Below, one piece after another: positions 50,105 through 64,000 of a stretch of 64,000 bases of DNA. The first letter of the stretch is position 1; every line of letters begins with the position of its first letter. Source of the stretch: Octopus vulgaris (lineage: Eukaryota). Location of the stretch: positions 23,312,001-23,376,000 of the forward strand of contig OX597830.1 of NCBI GenBank assembly GCA_951406725.2. The letters run 5' to 3'. The notes beneath the pieces were generated by a model. The model was not told the DNA's origin, searched no databases, and saw only the letters and a list, made by a program, of their open reading frames with translations. Both the position numbers and the translations under genes were made by a program.

Positions 50105-50854
50105 ATTGAAATATCAATAGAAGGCCACCACCGAGGCGATTTTCAGCGACTTATATAAACACGACTCCATTCGCTTATCTTTGTTGTCATAAACGTGGAG
50201 CTTCATTTAATAAAGTGTGTCAGCAAATATAAAACTAAATCAAATAATCTAAAGAGCTATATACATGTATATAGGTGTGTCTGTGTATTGTAACTTAATT
50301 CAACTGTACTTCTGTCGCTGTAGTAAGGTGGTGTTTTTGCAATAGTCGATGTATAAATTTATATATTCTTTAGTTTTTACATGTGATTAACAACAATGTA
50401 TACTGAAGATATAAGAATTTAATGTAATGAACTGCTTAGATGTGTTTTTATGGTGTGCGATGAATATATCAATAAATAAAATTGTATTTATCAGTTTAAT
50501 AGATCTGTTCACTGGTTTGTCTTTTGTAATATTGTATTTTTATACTTGTTTAAATTTTATTCTTTATTTCTGGACAACATTATATATAAGTGCGTGAGAG
50601 ACTTTAAATGACAATAAGGGGTGTAAAATTAATAAGTAACTTAATATGAAATCATCCGAGATATACGTATCATAATTTTGCTACTGCTGTAAAGTCATTG
50701 ACGTCACATCCCATACCACAAGCACGGAACGGTAATAGTTATTTCTAAGCCCCACATCTCTAATTTAATATAAAGGAAAAACAAAGGACATTGCTGTCTA
50801 TTTCTACTGTTGAATGAACTGGAGCAAAGTGAATTATGTATGTATGTATGTATG

Positions 50855-50886
<32 letters not shown>

Positions 50887-52202
50887 GGGGATGCCCTCTG
50901 GAAGTTCCCCTCTGAGGCACAAGTCTGGGCAATGTTGCTTATGGAACACCAGCAGTCGCCCATGCATTCCACCCACTGATGTTATCCAAGGGAAAGGCAA
51001 AGGCCGATACAGCTTGGCACCAGTGACGTCACAACTCATTTCTACAGCTGAGTGAACTGCAGCAACGTGAAATAAAGTGTGTTGCTCAAGAGAACAACAC
51101 GCAGCCCGGTCTGGGAATCAAACTCATTACCTCATGATTATGAGCCGGACGCTTTAACCGCTGAGCCATGCGCTCTCAGTACCAGACCTAAAAATAAGCA
51201 CTGGGAACAATTTGTTAGAAACTAAAACCCTTCAGGGTGATGTTCCAGCATGATCACAGTCCAATGACTGAAACAAGTAAAAGATAAAAGTGAATAGGTT
51301 ATTATTGAAAGCTTTCATTTCCTTAATACTTTGCGCAAACGTTATTGTGAATGACATAAAAGATCCCTCTATAAATAAAGTTTATACAAATATATCAAAG
51401 TTATGTAACGATTGTAGCTGTTTTGAAAGTCAAATTAATGTTTCAAAAGGCTTTCATCTAAGTGGAATCGCTTTAATTCATCCTTACTTCCGCGGATTCT
51501 TTTTAAATGTTTTTTTTTAATCCTTCATCAGATTGTCACAACATTGACAGTACAGGAAGTTCTGAGAAAGATTAATTATACGATGTTGATAATTAAGTGC
51601 CAACACATTCATTTGTGATGAATTTGTCATCTGGAGTAAATGATTACTAAACAACTGGTATCAGTGTTAGTCCGTTCTGACCCTTCTTTTATTGTTATTA
51701 TGCGTTCAAAACATTTTAAACACCTAAATTTGTTAAACAACACGACTCTGAAGATTTTTGCGTTTGATCATCATGGATACATCTCAACCCTTGACAGTTT
51801 TAACAAAATATTTTTAACAGTTAAAAAAGAAAATCGGATAACGATCCTTCCCGAGTCATATAGAATGAAAAGGTCGGTTTCCCCGGTTTCTGTGGCGTCT
51901 ATATTCCCCACCTGGACGGGACGCCGATCCGTCACAGGATTACTCACAGCTTGGTGGACTGGAACAGCGTGAAATTAAGTGTTTTGCTCAAGAACACAAC
52001 GCGTCGTCCGGTTCAGGAATCGAAACCGCAATCTTACGATCGCGAGTCCAACATCCTACCCACTAAGCCATGCGCCTCCACTTTAACAGTGAAAGGTAAT
52101 GTACAATGCGTTATCGAGCCTCGTACAAAGCGTGTATAAGAGAGTATGCTTCGCTGGTGTGTATATATTACAATAAATAGGCGTGTATATAATATAAGAC
52201 AA

Positions 52203-52625
52203 GGCGGCGAGCTGGCAGAAACGTTAGCATGCCGGGCGAAATGCTTAGCGGGATTTCGTCTGCCGCTACGTTCTGAGTTCAAATTCTACCGATGTCGACT
52301 TTGCCTTTCATCCTTTCAGGGTCGATAAATAAGTACCAGTTACGCACTGGGGGTCGATATAATCGACTTCATCCGTTTGTCTGTCCTTGTTTGTCCCTCC
52401 TGTGTTTCGCCCGTTTGCGGGCAGTAAAGAAATAGGTATTTCGTCTGCCGTTACGCTCTGAGTTCAAATTCCGCCGAGTTTGACTTTGCCTTTCGTCCTT
52501 TCGGGGTCGATAAATTAAGTACCAGTTACGCACTGGGGTCGATATAATCGACTTAATCCGTTTGTCTGTCCTTGTTTTTTCCCCCCTATGTTTAGCCCCT
52601 TGTGGTCAATAAAGAAATAACAATA
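52203..52625 (+). mobile_element. SINE family C dimer
   Basis: One headed unit plus one headless unit. Confidence 0.85.
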
Positions 52626-52855
52626 AAGAAACAAAAAATGGATCAAAGGTAATTTCTGAGCCATAAGCTCATAAGGCCGGTCTCCGGATTCTGCGGGGCA
52701 TATATTCTCCACCTAGTGTTTTGCTCAAGAACTACCATGCATCTCCCGGTCCAGGAATCGAAACCATAGTCTTACGTTTGTGAGTGCAACACCCTAATCA
52801 CTAAGCCACGCGGCTCCACTTTAACAGTAGTAGGCCATGTGTAATACTTTGTCAA

Positions 52856-53260
52856 GGCGCAGGAGTGGCTGTGTGGTAAGTAGCTTGCTTACCAACCACA
52901 TGGTTCCGGGTTCAGTCCCACTGCGTGGCACCTTGGGCAAGTGTCTTCTTCTATAGCCTCGGGCCGACCAAAGCTTTGTGAGTGGATTTGGTAGACAGAA
53001 ACTGAAAGAAGCCCGTCGTATATATGTATATGTATGTGTAAATGTGTGTATATGTTTGTGAGTCTGTGTTTGTCCCACCACCATCGCTTGACAACTAATG
53101 CTGGTGTGTTTACGTCTCCGTAACTTAGCGGTTCGGCAAAAGAGACCGATAGAAAAAGTACTAGGCTTACAAAGAATAAGTCCTGGGGTCGAATTGCTCG
53201 ACTAAAGGCGGCGCTCCAGCATGGCCACAGTCACATGACTGAAACAAGTAAAAGAGAAAG
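52856..53260 (+). mobile_element. Full-length SINE family B
   Basis: GGCGCAGGAGTGGCTGTGTGGTAAG...GGTTCAGTCCC head, conserved core, and AGTAAAAGAG tail. Confidence 0.9.
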
Positions 53261-54080
53261 TCTCGTACACTGCGTGCATAGTAGGGTGTCTTATATGTTG
53301 CGCTGCCGTGTATGTAACTGTATTTTTAAAAAAATCAAAGGTCCCGACCTTACAACTTCTGCAAGAGCAGACAATCTTCTATGATTCTTCTACAATTCTA
53401 ATACCAATGTTATTTTAAATTTCTTCCGGGTGATAAATGCGACAGACAATTTTGAGCACGTTTCAGTGCTATTATAACCTTATCAGCGAGTCATTATAGC
53501 TGTTCATATTTTCTGAAGTGGTGATATATGAATCATGAGCAATTTGAACTAATATCATCTTTGTATCTTTTCCGTTTGATTTGCTGTACATAATTCTTTT
53601 TGAAATATTTTTGTATGCTCCTTTTGAAAATGATTTTTTGGAGGAATTAATTATAAAAAAGAAATATTACGGGCTTTGATAGATTGGATTTTTTGGTAAT
53701 TTTAGTCAACAAGAAGCTTGCCTTATCGACATATAGGGAATCACAATTGCCGTTTATTTCCTTTGCAACTAAATAACTCATAACCATCTCATACAGACTG
53801 GTGGTCTAGGAATAATTGTGGTAAAAGGAGAAGCAATATTCTCAGAAATGCGTTTAAGGTTAGGGCTTAGGATAAGGAAATAAACAGCATTGTAACACTT
53901 ATCATTTCGTTACATTTATCATCTTTAAAAGTTAAAGATTTTGTACCATACATTCATCTTATATTAAAAGTGAAAAGTTCAGTCATCGTTTTTGCACACC
54001 TCGTTCCTCGGTGTACTCCAGTCAGTTCCTATTGAATAAAGTGATTTGTACCTACGCCTGAGTTATATATACATTTATAT

Positions 54081-54272
54081 GAATCCAGGTAAAAAAAAGT
54101 CACAGGTAAAAAGTCATAGGAAAATAAAAGTCACTGAAAAAAGTCACAGGGCTTTTGTCCAGAGAAGAGGAGATTGTCCAAGGAAGTTTTGTCCGGATCC
54201 CATAAATTACTTGCGACTTTTTTTCCTAGCCAAAATTGTGACTTTATTGCTGTGACTTTATTGCCGGTCACC
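54081..54272. mobile_element. Non-autonomous DNA element with AAAGTCACAG sub-repeats, 8-bp TSD ATTTATAT
   Basis: ATTTATAT|GAATCCAGG...CCGGTCACC|ATTTATAT. Confidence 0.75.
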
Positions 54273-54587
54273 ATTTATATGACTGGTTATATGTGTAGAC
54301 AATTCAGTTGCGATGTTTAAATATCAAAAACTAGCATCCATTCCTTTGCAGAGTATTAGTCTCGATCAACAGACCTCTGGGTCATAGCCCTAGCACACCT
54401 TCACAGCGTGCCTCAGCTCAACGAGTGGTTAAATAATGATATAATGTATTATTTCTTATATCGTCTGCTCTGGGTTCCAGTACTTCTATCACATCATCCA
54501 TCATTTATCATTTCCTTATGTCTCTGCATTGGACTGTTTCAAATGTACAAAATATAGTAACTACACAACATATGTTGCTGTCGTGGG

Positions 54588-54909
54588 GGTGACCGTTAAT
54601 AAAGTCACAGGAAAAAAGTTACAGTAATAAATTTACAATTTTGGCTAGGAGAAAAGTCACAGGGAAAATGTCACATTTTATTTATGGTGGCCGGTAATAA
54701 AGTCACAGGAAAAAAAAGTCACAGTAATAAAGTCACAATTTTGGCTAGGAAAAAAGTCACAGGGAAAAAAAGACACAATTTATTTATGGTGGCCGGTAAT
54801 AAAGTCACAGGAAAAAAAAGTTACAATAAATTTATGGGATCCGAACAAACCCCACTTAGGACAAAACTCCCTCGGACAAAACCCCTGTGACTTTTTTTTA
54901 CCTGGATTC
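54588..54909. mobile_element. Second copy of the same element, inverted, 8-bp TSD GT(C/A)GTGGG
   Basis: GTCGTGGG|GGTGACC...CCTGGATTC|GTAGTGGG, with expanded internal repeats. Confidence 0.75.
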
Positions 54910-55534
54910 GTAGTGGGATGTTAGTTTACTTACTGAAAGGTGACCTTTCATTCTGTCGGTAAGCTGGGTCAAATTTTATAACTACTTACATAGACCTACG
55001 TGTTACAAATTGTTCTGGGTGCCTCTATATTTGCCATTTTCAGATCAACCAGAAACAAATCAATTCTATGAACGTTTCCCTTGAGAAGTATAGTAAACGA
55101 GCTTGCTCGAGAAATATCATGGAACTGTACTTTCATGATATTCTATACGTTCATGATAACATTATACCACCTTTGAAATCACGAACAAAAACACTGTTGT
55201 ACGAGTTTGATTTTTAGAGGCCTTCACCTGTTCAAATGTTTGCCTAAAGAAATCAGAAATATAAAAGGAATCTCTACTGAAACATTAAAAAAGGCATTGG
55301 ATAAATAAGTTAAGTTGGTGCTCCAGCATGGCCGCAGTCCTACAACTGAAACTATTATAAGAATAAAAGAATATCATTGATGTTATATGATGTTCCCCGA
55401 AAAAAGGTTGGGATGATCTTTTTAGTGAGGGCACATGACCTAATGATTAAAGAGCTGGGCAGAGGGAGAGAGAGAGAGAAGCTGATAGATAGAGAGAGAT
55501 GCAGATACAGAGAGGGATAGAGAGGCAGAGAGGC

Positions 55535-55626
<92 letters not shown>

Positions 55627-56099
55627 CTTTGGATATTGCTGGCACTGTTCTTTTGTTCTATAAACAGAGGAGGCTTGAATAATCTCTTTCTTATCTAGCA
55701 TCTTACAAAATCATCCACAGAAACGAGGAAACTTAGAGGAATGGGGGTCATGGATGGACTGATTTTCAGTACGAGATGGAGAGATTAGATGAACAAAAAA
55801 GAAAAAAAAAAGAATGAAAACGCAATTTTCTTTATTGAATATTTTCCGTTCTTTAGCAATTTTGACGTATCGATTGTTAATGTTCGATAGTCACATCGTC
55901 CGTCTTTGGTGATTGATATAATTTCAAGAATCGTATTTTATTATGAAATTTAATCCTTTTTCAAATACGGATAGTGAGTACCTTCAGTATTTTTTTTTTT
56001 TCTAAGCTGAAGCAAAGTCGAATGTAATTAAAAATTGTAAAACCAAATGGCAGAACGGAATCAAGTACAACTTGCGTAAACGTAGTAAAATATTGATTT

Positions 56100-56720
56100 C
56101 AAATTATGGTGCAAGAAGACCAACAAGTTGGGGGAAGGGCTATGTTGATTACATCGATCGCAGTGCTCTACTGGCACTTATTTTATCGACCCCGAAGGGA
56201 TGAAAGGCAAAGTCGACCCCGGCGGAATTTGAACTCAGAACGTAACGACAGATGCTAAGAATTTTGCCCGGCGTGCTAACGATTCTTATTTCTTTACTGC
56301 CCACAAGGTGCTAAACATAGAGAGGACAAACAAGAACAGACAAAAGGATTAAGTCGATTATATCGACCCCAGTGCGTAACTGGTACTTATTTAATCGACC
56401 TCGAAAGGATGAAAGGCAAAGTCGACCCCGGTGGAATTTGAACTCAGAACGTTAAGACAGGCGCTATGAATTTCGCCCGGCGTGCTAACGATTCTATTTC
56501 TTTACTGCCCACAAGGTGCTAAACATAGAGAGGACAAACAAGAACAGACAAAAGGATTAAGTCGATTATATCGACCCCAGTGCGTAACTGGTACTTATTT
56601 AATCGACCTCGAAAGGATGAAAGGCAAAGTCGACCCCGGCGGAATTTGAACTCAGAACGTAAAGATAGACGCTATGAATTTCGCCCGGTGTGCTAACGAT
56701 TCTGCCAGCTCGCCGCCTTT
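56100..56720 (-). mobile_element. SINE family C tandem array (3 units)
   Basis: Near-identical ~210-bp units sharing private variants (GTCGACCCC, AAGGTGCT). Confidence 0.88.
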
Positions 56721-57583
56721 AACGTAGTATAAAATATTCTTTCGCTTTTGTTTTCATCTATTTTAATTCTTTCCAATGTTATTTGACGTAACATGAAAAA
56801 GTATTCTCATCGTAGTGTTTTATGGTATTTTGTAGCTCTCTTCTTCCTCTCCAACATTTCTTCATCGCTTTTGAAATTTGAATAAATTTTACCTCTTTTC
56901 AGACGTATAACGAAGGAATGCCAAGAAAAAAAGAAAAAGAAAAAGCGAACGCATTTAAATGAATACCAAATGGTTAAAATATTTTTTTCAAGCCATATGG
57001 AACGGAAAGAAAGAGAACGTGTACAGAGGGCAGTTTGTCTTCATTCCTGGGATCAATAGAACATTGCGCCAATTCTACATTACCTGGCTATTTTCCCATC
57101 TGCATTCCATCTTATTTTCGCGCTTCTTTTCCTCCTCCACAGCTTTTGGATTTTTTTCTCATACAATTCACCTTCCAGACAAATCCTCACTTTATTTTTT
57201 TCACTAATCGATGACTGTCATTTGTGAGCATCCGCTAGTTTTGCCAATCCTTTGACTAATAAAAAAAGGTTACATTTTCATCGATCAGCGAAGCGTTCGT
57301 TATCAATGAAGGGTTCAGGCGAGCTTTTAGTCAGTTGGCCAAGCAAGAAGACAGTTCTTTTGCACAGTTATTCTCTCACACTGATTCTCTTGGTTCTTTT
57401 TGACACTTCCTCGTCTCTCACATACTTTATTCTCTCACAACTCAGATTAAGAGAATTGTAGTCTTGTGCTTCTACTTCACAATATTCGATTTTTTGTCTC
57501 TTCTCTATACGCTCTGATAAAATCTCCTTCATAAACAGACACACGATGGAAAGAACGTGCTGTGATAAACTTTCTTTCAAACA

Positions 57584-57624
<41 letters not shown>

Positions 57625-57727
57625 CACAAACACACAGTTCACACATTTTTGTGTCAATATCTGTCGTTTGTTAACAACGTTGACACTTGTACACATACGA
57701 ACATACTTTTCTCTATTAAAATATATA

Positions 57728-58325
57728 TTCTTTTCTGCCCACAAGGGGCTAAACATAGAGGGGACAAACAAGGACAGACAAAGGGATGAAATCGATTACA
57801 TCGATCCCAGTGCGAAACTGGTACTTTATTTATCGACCCCGAAAGGATGAAAGGCAAAGTCGACCTCGGCGGAATTTGAACTCAGAACGTAGCGGCAGAC
57901 GAAATACCCATTTCTTTACTACCCACAAGGGGCTAAACACAGAGAGGACAAACAAGGACAGACAAACGGATTAAGTCGATTATATCGATCCCAGTGCGTA
58001 ACTGGTACTTATTTAATTGACCCCGAAAGGATGAAAGGTAAAGTCGACCTCGGCGGAATTTGAACTCACAACGTAACGACTGACGAAATACCTATTTCTT
58101 TATTACCCACATGGGGCTAAACACAGAGGGGACAAACAAGGACAGACATAGGTATTAAGTCGATTACATCGACCCCAGTGCGTAACTGGTACTTATTTAA
58201 TCGACCCCGAAAGGATGAAAGGCAAAGTCGACCTCGGCGGAATTTGAACTCACAACGTAACGGCAGACGAAATACGGCTACGCATTTCGCCCGGCGTGCT
58301 AATGTTTCTGCCAGCTCGCTGCCTT
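57728..58325 (-). mobile_element. SINE family C tandem array (3 units)
   Basis: ~180-bp units; only the rightmost carries the full tRNA-like head. Confidence 0.88.
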
Positions 58326-59299
58326 TCCTCAGTCCTATATAATCTTAACATTTCACACATTTTTGTGTCAACATCCGTAGTATGTTAACAACGTTGACAC
58401 TCACACGCATACGAACGTATTTTTCTATATTAACATACACGTTGTAACACCTTTGCAACTCATACCTCTTTTTATATTAACACACACAGCATAATAACAT
58501 CGTCACAAACACTCACGTACGCATACGCCAGACACATTTTTGCACTAACATATTCATTGTAACAACATTACAACAGACACCTATTTTTATATTAGTTATA
58601 CACAGTATGACGACGTTGTCACACATGTCTCACACTCACAAAAACACGCACATATATCGATAAACACACACACACACGGAGAAATATTCCTTCACATACA
58701 CAAACATATACATGCACACGTACATATCCTTGCAGTAACATATACACGTTATTAAGTTTACATTGTCGTATATATAAAATGAACTCTTCCACGTCATTAT
58801 TCAACAGTACTACATTTTGTTGTAAATAAGAACCTCTTTTCATAATATTATTGCAAAAAAAAAAAAGAAATAAAAGAAGAAAAAAGAACGGTTGGACATG
58901 AATTGGTGTAATTCCTTCATTCTTTCATTCAAAGTTATTTGTGCATTGCTCGGACTATGTTTTACTGAACAGCTTTGCCAGACGTTCTGTTATATAGTAC
59001 ACCTGGCATAATTTTACTTGTATTCTGTATCGGTCGTCTGTCTCAATGAATTAATATCATTTGAAATATTAACTTGAATATCTTGATAAAATATATATTA
59101 GAATCTCCTACTTGATCCTAAATGACCAGACATTTCACTGAATATGTTGTTCTTTTTTTTTTTGCCTTCTTGGTGTTTCGAAAGCTGTCTAAATATTTCT
59201 TCCAATTACACACAATTCAGGAAGTATTAGATTAAAATAGCCATCTATGTATCATGCTAAATGCATATACACAGTCGATAGGCCAGTTACCGGAATAAT

Positions 59300-60476
59300 T
59301 GTCCTGAGATAACGTCTTTTATGGTGATTTATGGTGTTAAAAATGCAGTAACTATAAGAGGAAAACGAAAATTCGTCCCAGTGGCGGCCGGCAGGGGTGC
59401 CCAATGCATTTCAACCTTTTTTGTCAGCTCGAAAATGATTGAAACAATTTCGCAGTGGAGACCTGAGTCTTGAAGATCGTGAGCGTTTGGCCGATCGGTC
59501 ATGGATGACGGTCAATTAAAGACGGTCAGTGAGAAAGATCCACGTAAAACCACTTGAGAACTTAAAAAAGAACCCCAGGTTAGCCAGAAAGCTGCCTGCC
59601 ACCATTTGCATGTGATCGGAAAATCAAAAAAGCTCGACAAATAGGTACCACACGATTTGAATGAAAATCAGAAAATGTGCAGATATGAAATTTGCTCGTC
59701 GCTTCTTTTCTGTAACCAGACCCATCCATTTCTCGACCGTATTGTTACATGCGATGAAAAGTGGATTCTGTACAATTATAAAAACTTTTTTCGCAGTGGT
59801 TGAACCAAAACCTTCCCTAAACCCAAGGTCTTCAAAAGGGAGGTTATGGTGATTGGTGTTGTACTGCTGGACTCATCCACTATAACTTCTTAAAACTCAG
59901 AAAAACCATTACTGCAGAAACATATTGCTATGAAATTGCCAAAATGAACGGAAAACTGCTACTCCACCCCAGACTGGTCAACAGAATCGATAAATTAAGT
60001 ACCAGTTACGTACTGGAGTCGATGTAATCGACTTAATCCCTTTGTCTGTCCTCGTTTGTCCCTCTATGTTTAGCCCCTTGTGGGCAATAAAAAAATAAGA
60101 AGAGGGCCACTCATTCTTTACGACAATGTTCGACCACACATTTCTCTAATGACGCTCCAGAAGTTGAGGGTATTTGGCTACGAAGTTCTTCTCCACCCAG
60201 CTTATTCCCAACCTTTCTCCTACCGACAACCACTTTTTCAAGCAACTCGATGGTTTCCTGTGAGAGAAGGAGTTAAAAATCAAACTGATGCTGAATGTGC
60301 GCCCAAAGAATTTCATCAGCTCCAGAACTCCAGACTTTTATGTTACTGGAATAAACAAACTTGTAACTCGTTGACAAAAATGTACTTAGTTTGATAATAA
60401 AATTTCCGCATTGTTGAAATATATTGGGATGAATTTCATGTTTCAAAACGTTGCTTACTTTTTACTTAGCCTGATA
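59300..60476 (+). pseudogene. Decayed mariner transposase with nested SINE C tail (~59985-60100)
   Basis: VPHDLNENQK...PFLDRIVTCDEKWILYN...LILYDNVRPHISLMTLQKLRVFGYEVLLHPAYS. Confidence 0.85.
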
Positions 60477-60511
60477 TAAGTTCTAGCCCTCTTTGATAAT
60501 TTCCATAAAAA

Positions 60512-61084
60512 TATTAGGTTGTCCGGAAAGTTCGTGCCGATTTATAGTAGCTTACCTTTCGACTTTTTTTAGAGTTCAGTTCATAAAATAGAATTTTACT
60601 ACACCTCCATTTACAGCATAATTTAAGCTATCTTTAAGCTATCTTTTCGTGGAAGAAGGTTTATGTTCCTATAACCTGTGTTAATTCTGTAACCCTTTAA
60701 AATGGACAATAAGAAAATTCATTTTCGGCATTTGATGCTTTGGGAAACAGACGAAAATTGCTGCAGCTCGGCTGGGATGTGTTACCCCACCCTCCATATT
60801 CACCAGATATTGCTCATTAGGATTTCCACTAATTCAGGTCTCTGCAGAATAGTCTTAATGGTAAAAATTTCAATTCCTTGGATGACGTTAAAAGATACCT
60901 TGATGAATTCTTGATGAAACCACCTCAATTCTGGGAAGAGGGTATTTTCAAGTTGAAGGAAAGATAGAGACGCACTGCGCAACAAAATGGTTCACATTTG
61001 GTTGATTAAAAATGTAATGGTAAGTATTTATTGACTTTTTTCTTTCCTTTAGAAATCGGCATGAACTTTCCGGACAACCCAATA
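60512..61084 (+). mobile_element. Internally deleted mariner with intact TIRs
   Basis: TATTAGGTTGTCCGGAAAGTTCGTGCCGATTT / AAATCGGCATGAACTTTCCGGACAACCCAATA. N-terminal MDNKKIHFRHLMLWE is joined to LGWDVLPHPPYSPDIA. Confidence 0.9.
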
Positions 61085-61253
61085 TATTATAGAAGGTACT
61101 GATCTACCCAAAAGAAGCAGGTACGTACAGAATATGTTACTATAAAATATATGGTTAATACAAAACGCTTCGCAAAATTAGATTCTGCTTGACACGAATA
61201 ACGTGTTTTAGGCACTGATCTGTGTTGATTAATGACCAGATCATCAACAAGTG

Positions 61254-61636
61254 GAAGCACTCCGTCGGTTACGACGATGAGGGTTCCGGTTGATCCGAAT
61301 CAACGGAACAGCCTGCTCGTGAAATTAACGTATAAGTGGCTGAGCACTCCACAGACACGTGCACCCATAACGTAGTTCTCGGGGATATTCAGCGTGACAC
61401 AGAGAGTGACAAGGCCGGCCCCTTGAAATACAGGTACAACAGAAACAGGAAGTAAGAGTGAGAGAAAGTTGTGGTGAAAGAGTACAGCAGGGATCACCAC
61501 CATCCCCTGCCGGAGCCTCGTGGAGCTTTTAGGTGTTTTCGCTCAATAAACACTCACAACGCCCGGTATGGGAATCGAAACCGCGATCCTATGACCGCAA
61601 GTCGCTGCCCTAACCACTGGGCCATTGCGCCTCCAC
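61254..61636 (-). mobile_element. Full-length SINE family A
   Basis: Reverse complement of 48446-48834. Confidence 0.9.
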
Positions 61637-62368
61637 TCTTTGCAAGTACTGCTGTAAACGGCGGAATTGAGCTTGAACGTGAAAACTCAGTGCGCATGCA
61701 CAACAGGTTTCAAGTTCAACCTGTGCCAAACGGCTTTATTCCGCGGGCTTTAACTTCGTTACTATAGCAACAGTCCGGATACTTATTGATCAGACCGCGT
61801 ATACATATGTGAGTGTATGTGTGTATGTGTGTGTGTGTGTGTTGGTGTTCTAACACATATACACGTATACAAATCTGTTACATAAACATACACATCATTT
61901 CAAACACCCATTCAAACAATCGTCAACATACATACAACCAACCACACGTCATTCATACGACACTCATTTAACGAACGACACACACGACAACGTACACAAA
62001 CACCCATCTCTAGACATTTAGCTTCAAACCATATACAATAGACATTATAAGCTCAATAGAAGAACTATAGCCTGCCTGTCATTCATTATGTTTATTATTG
62101 ATCATATATAAATAATAAAACATTGAATAAGCGAAAGATATGAACGAGATATGTCTACGTGTGTCTAGGTGAAGTGTCGTTAGCAAAACTTAGTTAACTT
62201 AGCAAAACTAGTCGATCTTCGGTGAATGGCCCGCTAATCCGATTTTGACTGCTTTATGAAGATGGCGATATCTGTCTACCATCATAATGTTAACAAGTTT
62301 ATACGGTTATGGCCAAGTGGCAGACGATCAGATGCCACCTCGCTACGTAATATAATATCACACACACA

Positions 62369-62461
<93 letters not shown>

Positions 62462-62561
62462 TATGATTTATGATGTATTTATATATATATATACAGATAA
62501 TGTGAATTTGGAGAGATGTATTATTCGGACGACCATGTATTCTATATCTTTATAATTATTG

Positions 62562-62655
<94 letters not shown>

Positions 62656-62674
62656 CATATATATATATATATAC

Positions 62675-62705
<31 letters not shown>

Positions 62706-62778
62706 CGTACATATATATATACATACGTAAATATATACACATATATATATATATATATACATACGTAAATATATACAC

Positions 62779-62811
<33 letters not shown>

Positions 62812-62842
62812 CATATATATATATATACATATATATATATAC

Positions 62843-62893
<51 letters not shown>

Positions 62894-62959
62894 CATACAC
62901 ATATATACATACACATATATACATACACATATATACATACACACATATATATATATATA

Positions 62960-63595
62960 CTAGCAGTATCGCCCGGCGTTGCTCGGGTTTGTAAGGGAAA
63001 TAACTATATAAGCATTTTTAGAGAGTTATAGCCAAAAAATAGCAAAAAATGCATTAAAAATGGAAAAAATATGATGGTAAATTTTTTTTAAATCGTTGAC
63101 TCATCGTAGACATTTCTAGAGAGTTACTTTCCTTATATAATAGCGAAAAAATGCATTAAAATGGAAAAAAAACGATGGTAAATTTTTTTTTAAATCGTAG
63201 ACTCATGTAGACGCTTTCTTAGCCATTTCTGTTTTGGTGTCTTCAAGCCATGAAGTCGTTGTTCTAAAAGAACACTGGTCTCCTTGACAACGCATTACGA
63301 CGTTGATTTCCTTACACTCCCTTCCCCACAGGTGCAGGTGTGAGCGTGGACGCCAACTCCGCCGCCATCGACACACGAAAAATTATGCATTAAAATGGAA
63401 TAAAAAATGATGTTAAATTATTTTTAAAATCGTAGACTCATCGTAGACGCGCGCTAATATTCAGACGGGCTCGATATGAATCACGACTATAAGCTACCCG
63501 AATTTGGTTAAACTGCACCGCAAAATGTGGGAGTAGTTAGGAATCTAAATCGAAGGGGACAGACACTCACACAACTACAGTTTTATATATATAGA
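62960..63595 (-). mobile_element. Non-autonomous Helitron
   Basis: Minus strand begins A|TCTATATATATAAAA and ends with hairpin CCCGAGCAACGCCGGG followed by CTAG|T; no TSD. Confidence 0.85.
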
Positions 63596-63619
63596 TATAC
63601 ATAGCGCAGTAGTGGTGAG

Positions 63620-64000
63620 ATATGACAGCAAAGAAAAGCATACATTCACTCTCTGCATGCAATTAGACTCGGAAAGTTCGTGAGGAACCCATTGACCCAA
63701 TTTGCTGACTTTTCCGATAGCACACAGGTGTCAATGAATGGTTGAATGACCAAATCCAAGCTCCTCTGCTAGTTCCTCAACAGTTACGATGATATTTTGT
63801 TCCACCAGGGTTTTCAGGATGTCCTTGTCGAGTTCTACAGATCTTTCAGGGTGAGGCTCGTCTTCTAGGCTGTAGTTTATGGCTCGGGATTTCTGGAACC
63901 ACCATTGACACTGCCTTACGCTTATTGTCCAATCCCCATATACTGCATTAATATTTCTTGTACTTTGCACACATTTATATTCTGTTATTCTTTTATATGT
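63620..64000 (-). pseudogene. Mariner transposase N-terminal (HTH) relic
   Basis: TRNINAVYGDWTISVRQCQWWFQK...SLEDEPH...TVEELAEELGFGHSTIH*HLCAIGKVSKLGQWVPHELS. Confidence 0.85.

Noticed and set aside
56950-57500. Possible host exon (splice-like signals, unique sequence)
   Set aside because: No recognisable protein in any frame; would need RNA-seq.

Overview
Eukaryotic, AT-rich, repeat-saturated DNA that looks intronic or intergenic; I found no supportable host exon. The tRNA-derived SINE families and the (TA)n/(TATG)n/(CA)n load resemble an octopus (coleoid cephalopod) genome, but that is inference. Almost all ORFs in the supplied track are microsatellite artefacts. The centrepiece is a 5'-truncated but coding-intact Penelope-like retroelement (Neptune type, 18052-22257, minus strand) inserted in (TA)n. 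It has a coiled-coil ORF1 overlapping an RT + GIY-YIG ORF2 in the -1 frame, a U UUU UUA slippery heptamer inside the ~60-nt overlap, and a variant (U3-A8) minimal hammerhead ribozyme in its 3' region. Six more hammerhead-like motifs with palindromic stem III occur elsewhere, mostly in short modules beside microsatellites, two of them in a foldback. Also present: a decayed Gypsy gag-protease carrying an 18-nt inverted duplication that creates a pre-miRNA-like hairpin; R4/Dong, Tx1, CR1 and RTE LINE 3' ends; Tc1/mariner relics (one with DD36E spacing); a non-autonomous Helitron; MITEs; and tandem SINE arrays. All calls are by eye and boundaries are approximate unless a TSD or TIR is quoted.
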